Source: a virus (Duplodnaviria > Caudoviricetes). Taken from it: a DNA stretch of 26,344 nt. Under the pieces are notes generated by a model. The model made no database searches, was not told where the DNA came from, and saw only the letters and a program-made list of their open reading frames with translations. Shown here piece by piece: positions 17,217-26,006 of the stretch (position 1 is its first letter; the number at the start of each line of letters is the position of its first letter). The translations under genes were made by a program, and so were the position numbers. The stretch is taken from the IMG/VR virus record IMGVR_UViG_3300030231_000512, positions 1 through 26,344 of that record; one strand, 5' to 3'.

Positions 17217-18604
17217 TATAAACTCACTTTCTCTGCGGACACTGATACGTCCTGGTTATTTCTGTCTATCTTTATATAGCCTTCGGTCACTAATTTTCTA
17301 ATATCTGTGATTGCCTTGTTGGTATAGACTGTCTTTGTTGTATCTGACGAATTTGAATATTCTACATCAGATTCCGCCACCGTTAAATTTTTTCTTGAAC
17401 CAATATCTTTGTAATATATACCGGCCGCTATTTCATCTTTTATATTTTCATCATTGGAAACTAGTTGGAAAGACTCGTCAGCACTCAAGAACCTTGTTGT
17501 GTTTTGTGTACTGGCATTGACCACTGTGAGGTCCGCTTTGTTATCGTTATCTGCAGTGCCTTTAGCATTTGCTGTCTTAACCGTGCCTGCTATCGCGGCA
17601 CCAATTGCGAACTGGCTTAGGGGTCCTGTAGTTCCTCCCCGCTTGCCTACTTCTAAAACTCCTTTTTTTGCAATACCCTTCAGTTCTTCTTTGGCATCTT
17701 TTTTCTTAATTTTTTTTGCGTTGTTGTAGGTGTTTGATGCACCTAGGATTGCACCTAGTATGTTGCCGTTTCGAACATTTTTGAATACTGAACCTATGCC
17801 ATCCACAACACCTCCAGGCCCAAAAATGGAATTAGTTCCGCCGCCCAACACAGTAAGGGGTGAAGGCTCATTGTCGTAATTGACCTTTGCGAATCCTTTT
17901 CCTTTGACTGGTGTCATGGTACCTGCACTGTAGATTACAGATTCATAAAAAATTTGCATAGTGTTTGAAAGTAAACCCTGTCCGTCTGTTTGATCAAGAT
18001 CACCATGGCTGAAAGATCCCACTATTGGATTTACAAGGGCCATCGATGTGAATCTTTGTTTGTGTAGAACAAATATTTGAACGCCTCTAAGATAAGGTTG
18101 TTTCCTTTGTCTATACGTGTCTAAACCAAAATTTTTAAATCGTCCTCGATCCACTGGACTATATGCTGTGTCTCTTGTGGCAAATCCATTAGCATCCGGA
18201 CCAACAGAGTTTTCGTCTGCAATATGATAGTTGTAGTATTTCTTCCAGAAAGCGTTTGTGGTGTCTGCCATGTCGTCATGAAAAGTAATGTTGACTGGTG
18301 AATAAACTATCCTAGTTGGAGTGTACATTTTTTTATTGTACTGAACTTTTTCTTCTAGGCTCATGTCGTACTTAGGTAATTCACATGCCTTTACCAAAGC
18401 ATTAAGTTGATATCTTTCGTTACTTGTGAATTGGCCATCTGCAAATAGGGTTTCGTCTGTGTCAAAACTGACATAGTACATGAACTTTTGCTTCGGCAAA
18501 AGTTTGTATAGATCATCTATGTATAACCTGGATGCGTGTCTAAAGTCTTTCATCCCAGGAAGACTGTTTTGGAATCCTTGTAGATAGTCGTTTATTTTTG
18601 GCAT
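17216..18604 (-). CDS. Tail tube-like / baseplate tube initiator (gp48/gp54-like) protein
   Basis: 'VKACELPKY...QYNKK...YSPVNITFHDD' is tube-fold-like; it follows gp19 and has a perfect TATAAATA 5 nt before ATG 18604. Confidence 0.6.
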   Translation of the reverse strand: MPKINDYLQGFQNSLPGMKDFRHASRLYIDDLYKLLPKQKFMYYVSFDTDETLFADGQFTSNERYQLNALVKACELPKYDMSLEEKVQYNKKMYTPTRIVYSPVNITFHDDMADTTNAFWKKYYNYHIADENSVGPDANGFATRDTAYSPVDRGRFKNFGLDTYRQRKQPYLRGVQIFVLHKQRFTSMALVNPIVGSFSHGDLDQTDGQGLLSNTMQIFYESVIYSAGTMTPVKGKGFAKVNYDNEPSPLTVLGGGTNSIFGPGGVVDGIGSVFKNVRNGNILGAILGASNTYNNAKKIKKKDAKEELKGIAKKGVLEVGKRGGTTGPLSQFAIGAAIAGTVKTANAKGTADNDNKADLTVVNASTQNTTRFLSADESFQLVSNDENIKDEIAAGIYYKDIGSRKNLTVAESDVEYSNSSDTTKTVYTNKAITDIRKLVTEGYIKIDRNNQDVSVSAEKVSL

Positions 18605-18609
18605 ACTGT

Positions 18610-18617
18610 TATTTATA
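18610..18617 (-). promoter_or_regulatory. T4 late promoter consensus TATAAATA
   Basis: Exact consensus, 5 nt before the ATG and right after a terminator. Confidence 0.75.
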
Positions 18618-18621
18618 GTCA

Positions 18622-18652
18622 CAAAAAAAGCGCCTATAAAGACGCTTTTTTG
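18622..18652 (-). terminator. Rho-independent terminator after the tail tube gene
   Basis: AAAAAAGCGTCT-TTAT-AGGCGC-TTTTTTT on the minus strand. Confidence 0.85.
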
Positions 18653-18680
18653 CTTATAATTGCTAACTTAATTTTTTTTA

Positions 18681-19307
18681 TTACTGTCCACCACCAGTAC
18701 TTAAAGTACCAAGTGTTCTAGCCACTGCTGATCCAATTCCTGTTCCTTGTGGAGTCTGTATCGCATTGTCGTATCTTACTGACATCGTGATAGTTGCTGG
18801 ATCTGAAGTTGCGTATGCCAATGTGTTGTAGTTAACGTTCTCAACATATGCACCATATAGTTCGAAAGTTTCTAAAACAGTCGGTGCACTTGCTCCGTTA
18901 CCACCATCAAGCATTTCGATTCTAGTTGTGAATTTGTAATCAATACCTGACGCCGCTGAACTTTGTTCAAAGAAATCAAATTGTTTCTGAATTTGTTCAC
19001 CAACAAGTTTTGTTACTGAGTTGTTTACATCATCTCTTAAAGTGATTGTGATTGGATCCCAAGTGTGTTTACCTGCAACGTAAACTTTTGAGTTGTACAC
19101 ATCTAGTGTTACGTTATCAAAAGTCAAGTTAGGTCTTGTGATGTCTATAACTTGTTTTGTTAGTTCTGATCTTGGTGTTGATACTCCAAAATTCTCCAGG
19201 ATCGCTCTAAAACGATATTGTAGTTTTGGCATCAATAAGCCTTGTGATGCTGAACTCTGATCGTTACTTAAAGGTACTGTGAATTTTGATAAAGTTGATA
19301 TTGCCAT
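18681..19307 (-). CDS. gp19: Tail tube protein (gp19-like)
   Basis: YRFR, YVAGKHTWDPITITLRDD, FELYGAY and ITMSVRYD; directly after the sheath; SD AGGAG. Confidence 0.85.
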   Translation of the reverse strand: MAISTLSKFTVPLSNDQSSASQGLLMPKLQYRFRAILENFGVSTPRSELTKQVIDITRPNLTFDNVTLDVYNSKVYVAGKHTWDPITITLRDDVNNSVTKLVGEQIQKQFDFFEQSSAASGIDYKFTTRIEMLDGGNGASAPTVLETFELYGAYVENVNYNTLAYATSDPATITMSVRYDNAIQTPQGTGIGSAVARTLGTLSTGGGQ

Positions 19308-19321
19308 TTGTTTCTCCTATC

Positions 19322-19327
19322 TATTTA
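19322..19327 (-). promoter_or_regulatory. Late box TAAATA followed by SD AGGAG for the tail tube gene
   Basis: ATAAATA-gat-AGGAG-aaacaa-ATG. Confidence 0.6.
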
Positions 19328-19335
19328 TTCCAAAA

Positions 19336-22300
19336 TTAGTTCCCTAAATTTGCAATCTCTCCTGTGTTTTTTATTCTCAACGGTATGTATATAAATTCAA
19401 CCGATTTCACTGGTTCGATTGCAATATCTACATAAAGTTCATTTCTATCAATCCTTGTAGGTGTGTTGTTTGTGTCATCACACACAACTAAGAAGTCAAA
19501 CAATCCTCTTTGACCAACAAGTTCTAGCAAGAATGATTCAACTGCTTGTTTGATCTCATTTCTTGTTAATTCATCATTTGGTTCAAAGATGAAAGGTTTA
19601 GCAATAGCATCTAATTGGTTTCTTAGATACACTGCTAATCTCGATACGTTTATTCTGTCTAGTGCTGAACTTGCCGATGTCTTTGTTAAGTTACCAAAGT
19701 TGACAATTCCTGCTCCTGAGAAGAACGTAATTGGGTTTATTTTAACTTCATGCATTGAATCTCTCACTGACTCCGTTACAGATATTGTTTCAAATTCACC
19801 AGTTGATGCGTCTATGTAACCAACAGACGAAGCATTGTCAACAACACCTCTTCTAGTTCCTGCTGGAGCAAACCATGGGAAAGCAACGTTGTCGTTGTTC
19901 GCAAGTGTTCTCAACATCATGTGTGATGGTGGTACAACAATAGTTTTACCTCCATTGTCTGTAGTCTGTCCTGATGGATAAAACACGCCTAGGTAATCGC
20001 TTGAACTTAATAAACCATCTTCACCAGTTTCTGTTGCACCTGCTGAGTTGTTGGCCCAATTTTGTATTGAAGTTGAAGTTCCTTCTAGTCTGAACGGAGT
20101 GTCTCCTACTACAAACGCTGTGCTGTTCCTGTCTGTGTTTAGGTTAATCATGTTTGGAATCAACTCTGGATAACCAGGTGTAGCAATAACATTGTAGCCT
20201 CTTTGGTCTTCTCTTATTGCTTGGTTAGTGTCGATCTCAGATTTTAGTTGTTCAACAATTACTTTTCTTTGTGCTTTTCTACCAAAAGTTCCAGAACCGT
20301 CTGCATTGTTGCTTGACTTAGTCACCCATCTGTCTGGATAGTATCCTGAAACAGATTCATTACTCATTCTTGGGTTACCTAAACCGCTTGATCCACTTCC
20401 TGGATATTTTGCAGTTGTTATGTAATCGTTTTTGTATTCTTTGACATTGTAACCACTTCTTCTGGTGTTCCATAACATTATACCTTGTGGGAATAAACTT
20501 GGGTCTGGAGCATCAGGATCTAAGTGTCCGTTTGTCAATAAGTCTTTGATTGAAGATGGTGTGCCTGCGCCTTCGTCGCCGTCAGCCTGTGCCTCAGTTG
20601 TTGTCTGCCATCTTGCGTCTGCAAATACAATACCGTCTTCTGTTGTTTGGTCTGTCTTGTCAACAAGTTCCCAAGCCGCACCCGACGTAGTAACTGCAAC
20701 TTGGTTCGCTGTGTTTGTAGAACTCAAAGTTGCCGCTGTGTTGTATTTGTAAAGTTTTGGATAGTTTTCTAAGTCTGAAGTATCAATCCATAAGTCGTTA
20801 GTCACAAGTGGCGTACCATCTGATTGTGTAGACGGTGCTGTTGCAGAATGCTGTGGACCATTTGGATCTGTTGTTGAGTAAGCAGTTGCATAACCAACAA
20901 AAGTTGTACCGTTGTGTGCCATGATGTCTGCTTCGTCAATGCTAGTGCTGTACCATAATGTTCCATCATCTGGCTCATTAGTTGGTTCGCTTGTTGATGC
21001 TGTGTAACTTAGACGCTTCCAGTTTGAACCGATAACTTCATTACCTACTGTTGAATCTTCAGAGTCACCTGTTGGTGCAACATATAAGTTATCAACTAGT
21101 GTAGTGCTGTTTGCAGTGAAACCACCGTATGCATGAGCGGCACCTGTGCCAAAACCTGCATCGTCAAGTGGAGTACCTGATGTGTTGTTCATTCTGAACT
21201 CGCCACCTAATTTGTGTGTAATCTTGATGGCACCTTTGTGTTCACCTGAACTTATTACTTCTGCAACCAAGTTTGTGAATCCAGCAGTTGTGAAAGCCGT
21301 TACAAAATCGTCTGCATCACCTAAAGTAGAACCATCTCCAGAGACCATAGTCACCGTTTTAGCAGTGTCTAGTGCTTCTTGATTTTTAAGTGATTCTCTT
21401 ACAGTGAAAGTTTCGTTTGCTGTGAAACTTGGGAACGTAGTTTTTGAACTTATTACTGTTGTTCCACCTTCGTATCTAAACAATTGGAAGTCACCCACGT
21501 TTGGTGTAGTGTCCGATTGTCCGTCAACAGATTGTTCAGTGATGTTAAATTGTGTGTAAAGTGCTCCTGTGCTTAAACCTAAACCACCGTTAGCAGGATC
21601 TAATTTGAATAATGCCTGATGGTGTGTTGCATGTAGTGGTGAACTCACGCTTGAGAAACTTCCACTTGCTGAACTGTAAAGTTTTGCACTTATGTTAGCA
21701 CCTGAGTTTGCTGACGTTGTTTTGAACCAAACTGAACCAGTTGGTCTGTCCTCGTCTGCTGTTTTCCAAGTAGGTCTTGATGTGTGTGCCGCTTGTAAAA
21801 ATTTAGGTCCATTGTTTGTGCCTGCTGTGATACTAAGTTCTGCAAGTAGACCACTGCCTTCTTCAAATCTAATTGTGTTGAAGCCTGCTGAAGAATCACC
21901 AAAAGCCAAACCATTGTGGAATATTTCTAAGTTTCCAGTTGTACTGTTTACACTTGAAGTAACACCAGCAATGTTGGCATTGTTGATAGCAGTGTTTACA
22001 TCTGAAAGTGCTGTACCGCCTGTCTGTACTTGTATACCATTAATCTGCATTGTTGCAGAGCCAGTAACTGTAGTGCCTGATGCAACTGACTTAACAGGTA
22101 AAGTTAAGTGCCATGCACTTGAACCTACATGCACCCATGCGTTTGCAGAAGATTTTTTGTAAATCTTGTTGCTAACATGAGTTGTGTTGATTGCATAATC
22201 ACCTTGTGATCCTACTGATGTTTTTGGAACACCAGTTGAACTGTTTGCTACCAAGTCTGTAACTGATGTTATAAGGATTGGCGTTATTGCTGTAAATTTT

Positions 22301-22761
22301 TGATCAGTTTGTGACCACTCAAATATACCATAACTGCTTGATGCAAGGTCAAACCAGTAAGTGCCATCTGTAGGTCTTGCCGTTGGTGCATTTGCACTTC
22401 CGACCAATTCTGCTGTGTCTAAGTTTGCTCTTAGTACAAACGCTCTGTTGGCAATTCCCAAAAATGAGTATGCCGCCTGTAAACCATATTCGTTCAATTC
22501 ATAACCGTTCAATGAATTTCCTGAAGCGTCTGTGTAAAATTTCGGATCACCGAAAGTTTCTGTTAATTCTCTTTGTGAAGAAATCAAGTAAGCAGTGTTG
22601 GCGTTTGCAGTTGTAGTTCCTGTTGCTGTGCCAGATCCTGCGCCGTTTGATTTATCCTGTGATGATGCTACTATGAAAAGAGGTGTAGTACCCGCATCTG
22701 ATGGTACGTAAAAACTTTCGTTTATTACTGAAACCTCTACTCCTGGTGATGTTAATGCCAT
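19336..22761 (-). CDS. gp18: Contractile tail sheath protein (gp18-like) with large insertion domains
   Basis: MALTSPGVEV, FGDP, PWFAPAGTRRG, RINVSRL, FIFEPND, VVCDDTNNTP and EPVKSVEFIYI. Confidence 0.95.
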   Translation of the reverse strand: MALTSPGVEVSVINESFYVPSDAGTTPLFIVASSQDKSNGAGSGTATGTTTANANTAYLISSQRELTETFGDPKFYTDASGNSLNGYELNEYGLQAAYSFLGIANRAFVLRANLDTAELVGSANAPTARPTDGTYWFDLASSSYGIFEWSQTDQKFTAITPILITSVTDLVANSSTGVPKTSVGSQGDYAINTTHVSNKIYKKSSANAWVHVGSSAWHLTLPVKSVASGTTVTGSATMQINGIQVQTGGTALSDVNTAINNANIAGVTSSVNSTTGNLEIFHNGLAFGDSSAGFNTIRFEEGSGLLAELSITAGTNNGPKFLQAAHTSRPTWKTADEDRPTGSVWFKTTSANSGANISAKLYSSASGSFSSVSSPLHATHHQALFKLDPANGGLGLSTGALYTQFNITEQSVDGQSDTTPNVGDFQLFRYEGGTTVISSKTTFPSFTANETFTVRESLKNQEALDTAKTVTMVSGDGSTLGDADDFVTAFTTAGFTNLVAEVISSGEHKGAIKITHKLGGEFRMNNTSGTPLDDAGFGTGAAHAYGGFTANSTTLVDNLYVAPTGDSEDSTVGNEVIGSNWKRLSYTASTSEPTNEPDDGTLWYSTSIDEADIMAHNGTTFVGYATAYSTTDPNGPQHSATAPSTQSDGTPLVTNDLWIDTSDLENYPKLYKYNTAATLSSTNTANQVAVTTSGAAWELVDKTDQTTEDGIVFADARWQTTTEAQADGDEGAGTPSSIKDLLTNGHLDPDAPDPSLFPQGIMLWNTRRSGYNVKEYKNDYITTAKYPGSGSSGLGNPRMSNESVSGYYPDRWVTKSSNNADGSGTFGRKAQRKVIVEQLKSEIDTNQAIREDQRGYNVIATPGYPELIPNMINLNTDRNSTAFVVGDTPFRLEGTSTSIQNWANNSAGATETGEDGLLSSSDYLGVFYPSGQTTDNGGKTIVVPPSHMMLRTLANNDNVAFPWFAPAGTRRGVVDNASSVGYIDASTGEFETISVTESVRDSMHEVKINPITFFSGAGIVNFGNLTKTSASSALDRINVSRLAVYLRNQLDAIAKPFIFEPNDELTRNEIKQAVESFLLELVGQRGLFDFLVVCDDTNNTPTRIDRNELYVDIAIEPVKSVEFIYIPLRIKNTGEIANLGN

Positions 22762-22800
22762 TTTTCGTATTCTCCTTGCAAGTTACGTATATACTAGAGT

Positions 22801-22806
22801 TATTTA
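22801..22806 (-). promoter_or_regulatory. Late box for the sheath gene, with an approximately 35-nt leader carrying SD AAGGAG
   Basis: ATAAATA at 22801-22807 and SD at 22772-22777. Confidence 0.6.
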
Positions 22807-22877
22807 TTCAATCATACGGTTTTTACGACAAAATTTACCATTTTCGAGGTACCTATATAGGCGACGTAAATACACGC

Positions 22878-23237
22878 ATGTACTACAATGATAGACCATT
22901 GTGCAAGGTTTGTAAGTCTAAGCCTAGGGCATATGCCTATAGGCGAGGAGATAAGGTATATTGGCGTAGCCAATGTGACACTTGCATAAGGAAGAAAGCA
23001 GGAAAACGTGTTGGGGGTGTGACTGCTTTACAGCGTTCGGGATACAAAAAACGTAAGAAGTGTGAATTGTGTGGATTTAGAGCTCAGCAAACAAGTCAAT
23101 TGGATGTACTTTTTATTGATGGGAATCTCAGGAATGTAGCACCTACAAATTTAAAAACTGTTTGCGCCAATTGCCAACGTTTGGGAAGTGTCCGTAGACT
23201 TGGTTGGAGAGCTGGAGATCTTGTTGCTGACGAGTAA
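22878..23237 (+). CDS. Zinc-binding HNH-like protein, apparently lacking the catalytic His residues
   Basis: Four CxxC pairs; 'LDVLFIDGNLRN...NLKTVCANCQR'. Start reassigned to ATG 22878, which has TAAATA 5 nt upstream. Confidence 0.75.
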   Translation: MYYNDRPLCKVCKSKPRAYAYRRGDKVYWRSQCDTCIRKKAGKRVGGVTALQRSGYKKRKKCELCGFRAQQTSQLDVLFIDGNLRNVAPTNLKTVCANCQRLGSVRRLGWRAGDLVADE

Positions 23238-23804
23238 TTTGTTTAGATTATCAAACAGTTCCTGTTTTGAACCATCATTTTTTATCACATAATCAAACTC
23301 TTCTTTTGCCCACGCATATTCAGAAGAATGTATGTCCTTTGGTTCAATGTTGCCTTCTAAATAGTTTGTAAACCATTCGGGATCTGGACCTCTTTTTACT
23401 AGAATTATTTTTCCACCATGCTCTCTGATACGCTTGACTTCATTAGGAAATCTAGTATCTGAAATCACTGTGTTTTGTCCTTTGTACCTTCCTATGCAAC
23501 TGTCTACCCATATTGCGTCATACATATGTCCACGCATGACTTCAGTGCCGAAATATTGTAGCACCCATCTAGGCGTCACAGGCTTCCCAAATTTTTCACT
23601 CCAAAATTTATCTGGTTGTTCTCTCCAGTGCCTGCTTGAGTCGGTGCTACCTTCTAGCATTTCTCTATCCCAATTAAACATGGCCGAAACAGCGTCCTTG
23701 AGGCTCTTGGCAAAACTATCTCTTTTGTATCCGTAGTGCTCTACGAGATGTTCAGCGACAGTGTCTTTACCAGAACCTATTAATCCTACAATACCTATAA
23801 GCAT
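23151..23804 (-). CDS. Deoxynucleoside monophosphate kinase (T4 gp1-like)
   Basis: GLIGSGKDT P-loop, SFAKSLK, TPRWVLQYFGTE, ISDTRFPNE and HSSE. Confidence 0.92.
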   Translation of the reverse strand: MLIGIVGLIGSGKDTVAEHLVEHYGYKRDSFAKSLKDAVSAMFNWDREMLEGSTDSSRHWREQPDKFWSEKFGKPVTPRWVLQYFGTEVMRGHMYDAIWVDSCIGRYKGQNTVISDTRFPNEVKRIREHGGKIILVKRGPDPEWFTNYLEGNIEPKDIHSSEYAWAKEEFDYVIKNDGSKQELFDNLNKLLVSNKISSSPTKSTDTSQTLAIGANSF

Positions 23805-23810
23805 AGATAC

Positions 23811-23839
23811 ATTATACTATTTTTTTAATCTTTTTTCAA
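23811..23839 (-). promoter_or_regulatory. Sigma70-like promoter TTGAAA-17-TATAAT, 6 nt before the dNMP kinase ATG
   Basis: -35 at 23834-23839 and -10 at 23811-23816. Confidence 0.65.
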
Positions 23840-23999
23840 TCTCTTTAATTACACTTTTAACAGATTTCAATATGGAAAGTCTTAGATCTTTCTTTTTTTT
23901 TTTGAGTGCAACAATACTCATGTTTTCCAGTTCTTGAACTAATGCTTCGAGCTCGTCTAAGGTTAGATCAGAATAATTTTTATAATTGGAGTCTTTCAT
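23817..23999 (-). CDS. Small coiled-coil hypothetical protein
   Basis: 60 aa with an acidic then a basic helix; TAAATA 8 nt upstream. Confidence 0.65.
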   Translation of the reverse strand: MKDSNYKNYSDLTLDELEALVQELENMSIVALKKKKKDLRLSILKSVKSVIKEIEKRLKK

Positions 24000-24031
24000 G
24001 ATGTTGGTATTTAAATGTAATTTAGGCTAAA

Positions 24032-24793
24032 TTAACCAATAACAAAACTGTGCGGTGTGCCACCTTCTGAATAATTACCAATTTCTAATTCAAGCCTGTC
24101 CATTTCGGCCTGGCCTTCGTTTTTCAAAGCATCACCGTTTAGTGTTGTTCCACCTTGTGGTCCTGCTATTGTATTGAACTTACCTCTTGCTTCACCAAGC
24201 ATCACTTTTGACACTGCAAGTGTGTAATCTCTGATCCACGGTTTTGAATATATGTCTTTGAACAATGTGATGTCTGGTCTGAAGTTGTCCGTGTGCATAA
24301 GGACTGTTTCTTCGTCTGCTCTTGGCCTTTGGGTAATTGTTAATTTTTTAGTTGCCACATCAAAATGGAATTGTATAAAACTGCCGAACAACTTACCTAC
24401 TAATTCTTGATAAGATGCAAAAGCATAGTAGGTTGCTAATCCGCCTGTTGCTCCTGCTCTTAGCAAGTATGTGTTTGTATATGCTAAGTTGAAAGGTTCA
24501 AATAGTGTTCCACCTTCACCGCCCTCAGTTCTTGATCCAACTGTTCTTCTGTGTAAACTTCTAACATTTATTACTTCGTCTGGTAAGATGTATGTGTTTT
24601 GATTTTTCTTAAGTTCTAAAAAAGCATAAGATTCTTCCACAGCATTTGAAGATCGCTGTCTAAATTTGTTGACTGCTCTTTCTAGGGCCGTTTGGTAGTG
24701 TTTTGGGTCTAATTCTACGTCAATCATTCCCTCACCGAGATTGTTCTTGACGTAATCAAATATTTCTTGTTGGCCTGTTTGTAGTTCTGACAT
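24032..24793 (-). CDS. gp13: Neck/head-tail adaptor (gp13-like)
   Basis: LGEGMIDVEL, WIRDYTLA and 'GKFNTIAGPQGGTTLNG' (gp13 PGG-x-LNG motif); start at 24793 behind TATAAATA. Confidence 0.8.
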   Translation of the reverse strand: MSELQTGQQEIFDYVKNNLGEGMIDVELDPKHYQTALERAVNKFRQRSSNAVEESYAFLELKKNQNTYILPDEVINVRSLHRRTVGSRTEGGEGGTLFEPFNLAYTNTYLLRAGATGGLATYYAFASYQELVGKLFGSFIQFHFDVATKKLTITQRPRADEETVLMHTDNFRPDITLFKDIYSKPWIRDYTLAVSKVMLGEARGKFNTIAGPQGGTTLNGDALKNEGQAEMDRLELEIGNYSEGGTPHSFVIG

Positions 24794-24798
24794 ACTCA

Positions 24799-24828
24799 TA
24801 TTTATAGCCTTTGCCTATGCAATAAATA
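24799..24828. promoter_or_regulatory. Back-to-back late promoter boxes
   Basis: TATAAATA on the minus strand (24799-24806) and AATAAATA on the plus strand (24821-24828). Confidence 0.7.
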
Positions 24829-24836
24829 TGTGTGAT

Positions 24837-26006
24837 ATGCCAAGATTATCCATTTTTAAGCCTGAAAAGGGCAACGACTACAAATTCTTCGATCGTAACA
24901 TCAAAGAGATGTTCACGGTGGGCGGAACTGACCTACACTTCCACAAATATCTAGGTCCTTATGATCAGGGAGACACTAACAAGGATGGTGCCGCATCACC
25001 CACACTACCACAGTATTCTGGAGATAGTTTAAACGAGAGAACTATACAAGATCTTTTATTCTTAGAAAACAGAGATAGAAAATATGCTGACGACATTTAT
25101 ATAGTGCGAGGTATCTACAACGTACAAGACGCAGATTTTAACCTTTCGCAATTTGGTATGTTTTTACAGAACGACACACTGTTTTTAACTGTGCATTTGA
25201 ACGACATTGTTGAGAGGATTGGACGTAAACCAATGTCAGGAGATGTGGTGGAGTTTCCGCATTTAAAAGAAGATTATTCACTAGACGAAAGTGTTCCAAT
25301 AGCACTAAAAAGATATTATGTTATAGAGGATGTAAACAGAGCGGCAGAAGGATTTTCGCAGACATGGTGGCCGCACTTGTTACGTCTCAAGTTGAAAACA
25401 TTAGTAGATAGCCAAGAGTTCAGAGACATTATCGGAGATGCCACAACTGAAGGATCTGTTGCAAATTATATGTCAACTTATAACAGAGAAAAAACAATCA
25501 ATGATCAAGTGGTTGCTCAAGCAGAACAAGATGCTCCTAAGTCTGGTTTTAACTACAAACAATATTATGTTGCACCAATAGACGAAAGAGGAAACATCAG
25601 GACAGAAAATATTAACACAGAAGAACAAAGAGCTAGTAGTGATAACACTGTAAATGCAACTATAGATACACCTGCAAGTTCACATTATGGATTCTATTTA
25701 GATGGTGATGGCGTTGCACCAAACGGCAATCCCGCAGGTTTTGGTATATCTTTCCCAACTTCTGGAATAGATAAAGGAGATTATTTCTTAAGGACGGACT
25801 TCTTGCCAAACAGGTTATTTCGTTATGATGGTAACAGATGGGTGAAGGTTGAAGACTCTGTAAGGATAACTACAACGAACAATGATACTAGAGCAACATA
25901 CAAAACATCATTTGTTAACAATACTTCAGAGGCAACAATTAACGGACTTACAACTAAACAAAGACAGTCATTATCCGATGCACTAAAACCAAAGGCTGAC
26001 AATTAA
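24837..26006 (+). CDS. Neck/head closure protein (gp14-like) with a C-terminal extension
   Basis: 'LSQFGMFLQND...RKPMSGDVVEFPHL' resembles gp14 'SKFG...RPxEGDLIYFP'; lies between gp13- and gp15-like genes. Confidence 0.65.
   Translation: MPRLSIFKPEKGNDYKFFDRNIKEMFTVGGTDLHFHKYLGPYDQGDTNKDGAASPTLPQYSGDSLNERTIQDLLFLENRDRKYADDIYIVRGIYNVQDADFNLSQFGMFLQNDTLFLTVHLNDIVERIGRKPMSGDVVEFPHLKEDYSLDESVPIALKRYYVIEDVNRAAEGFSQTWWPHLLRLKLKTLVDSQEFRDIIGDATTEGSVANYMSTYNREKTINDQVVAQAEQDAPKSGFNYKQYYVAPIDERGNIRTENINTEEQRASSDNTVNATIDTPASSHYGFYLDGDGVAPNGNPAGFGISFPTSGIDKGDYFLRTDFLPNRLFRYDGNRWVKVEDSVRITTTNNDTRATYKTSFVNNTSEATINGLTTKQRQSLSDALKPKADN

Noticed and set aside
22701-22877. N-terminal 59 aa of the 178-aa ORF
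   Set aside because: It overlaps the sheath start and its promoter; ATG 22878 behind TAAATA is the better start. Similar over-extensions were trimmed at 4389, 6847, 15826, 18622, 24799 and 24828.
197-23736. Many short opposite-strand or alternate-frame ORFs in the track (e.g. 8091-8483, 11844-12317, 15081-15488, 21692-22162)
   Set aside because: They are shadows of well-supported genes and show no motifs or initiation signals.
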